A model generated the notes under the pieces. The model saw only the letters and a list, made by a program, of their open reading frames with translations. It was not told the origin of the DNA and made no database searches. Both the position numbers and the translations under genes were made by a program. Of a stretch of DNA of 50,811 nt, positions 50,569 through 50,811 are shown one piece after another (within the stretch, counting starts at the first letter, position 1; each line of letters starts with the position of its first letter). Source of the DNA: Octopus bimaculoides (taxonomy: Eukaryota); NCBI RefSeq assembly GCF_001194135.2, contig NC_068983.1, positions 115,180,794-115,231,604 of the forward strand, read 5' to 3'.

Positions 50569-50786
50569 CACGAGGGGTGGTGAAAGGTTTCTGGATTTAA
50601 GGGTGTCGTAAAAGGCTTAGCTGGAGGTCCAACCTTCCTAATTATTTTACAGGACTCAGAAAAACTGAAGGACCGCTGCGGTAAGTGTATGAATCTGAGA
50701 AGGGAATATGTTGAATAAAATCATAATTAACTGATCATCCTGTATTTCTTTTACTCAAAGCCAGGATCTTTTCAACACCTCTCGTG
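50569..50786 (+). mobile_element. Mariner-derived non-autonomous element (internal deletion derivative)
   Basis: Imperfect TIRs cacgaggggtggtgaaaggtttctggattt / aaagccaggatcttttcaacacctctcgtg|TA. Retains a mariner-type transposase C-terminus EKLKDRCGKCMNLRREYVE* (cf. RWxKCxxxxGxYxE). Confidence 0.85.
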
Positions 50787-50811
50787 TATGTATATATATA
50801 TATATATATAT

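Overview
AT-rich, repeat-dominated animal genomic DNA. The SINE families look like those of octopus genomes; this is recognition from memory, not a database result. The window has 7 N-gaps and starts and ends in (TA)n. I cannot confidently identify any host protein-coding gene, RNA gene, CRISPR array or prokaryotic system. Most listed ORFs are translations of microsatellites or N-gaps, so the window is probably intronic or intergenic. What the sequence does support: (1) a decayed but nearly complete IS630/Tc1/mariner transposon at 27061-29117, with a GC-rich transposase pseudogene (about DD33E spacing) and long inverted ends built from a repeated 10-mer; (2) head-to-tail R4/Dong-type retrotransposon pieces, each bounded by (TAA)n, at about 21930-24933; (3) a Penelope-like RT/GIY-YIG fragment fused to an internally deleted Tc1/mariner element at 18789-19880; (4) many tRNA-derived SINEs from several families, several MITEs and dense microsatellites; (5) several perfect or near-perfect palindromes and hairpins (31992, 40311, 41071, 15923, 47447, 49287). 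Nothing here demonstrates a new biological system. The best leads are the unusual transposon, the microsatellite-targeted LINE array and the fold-back hairpins.
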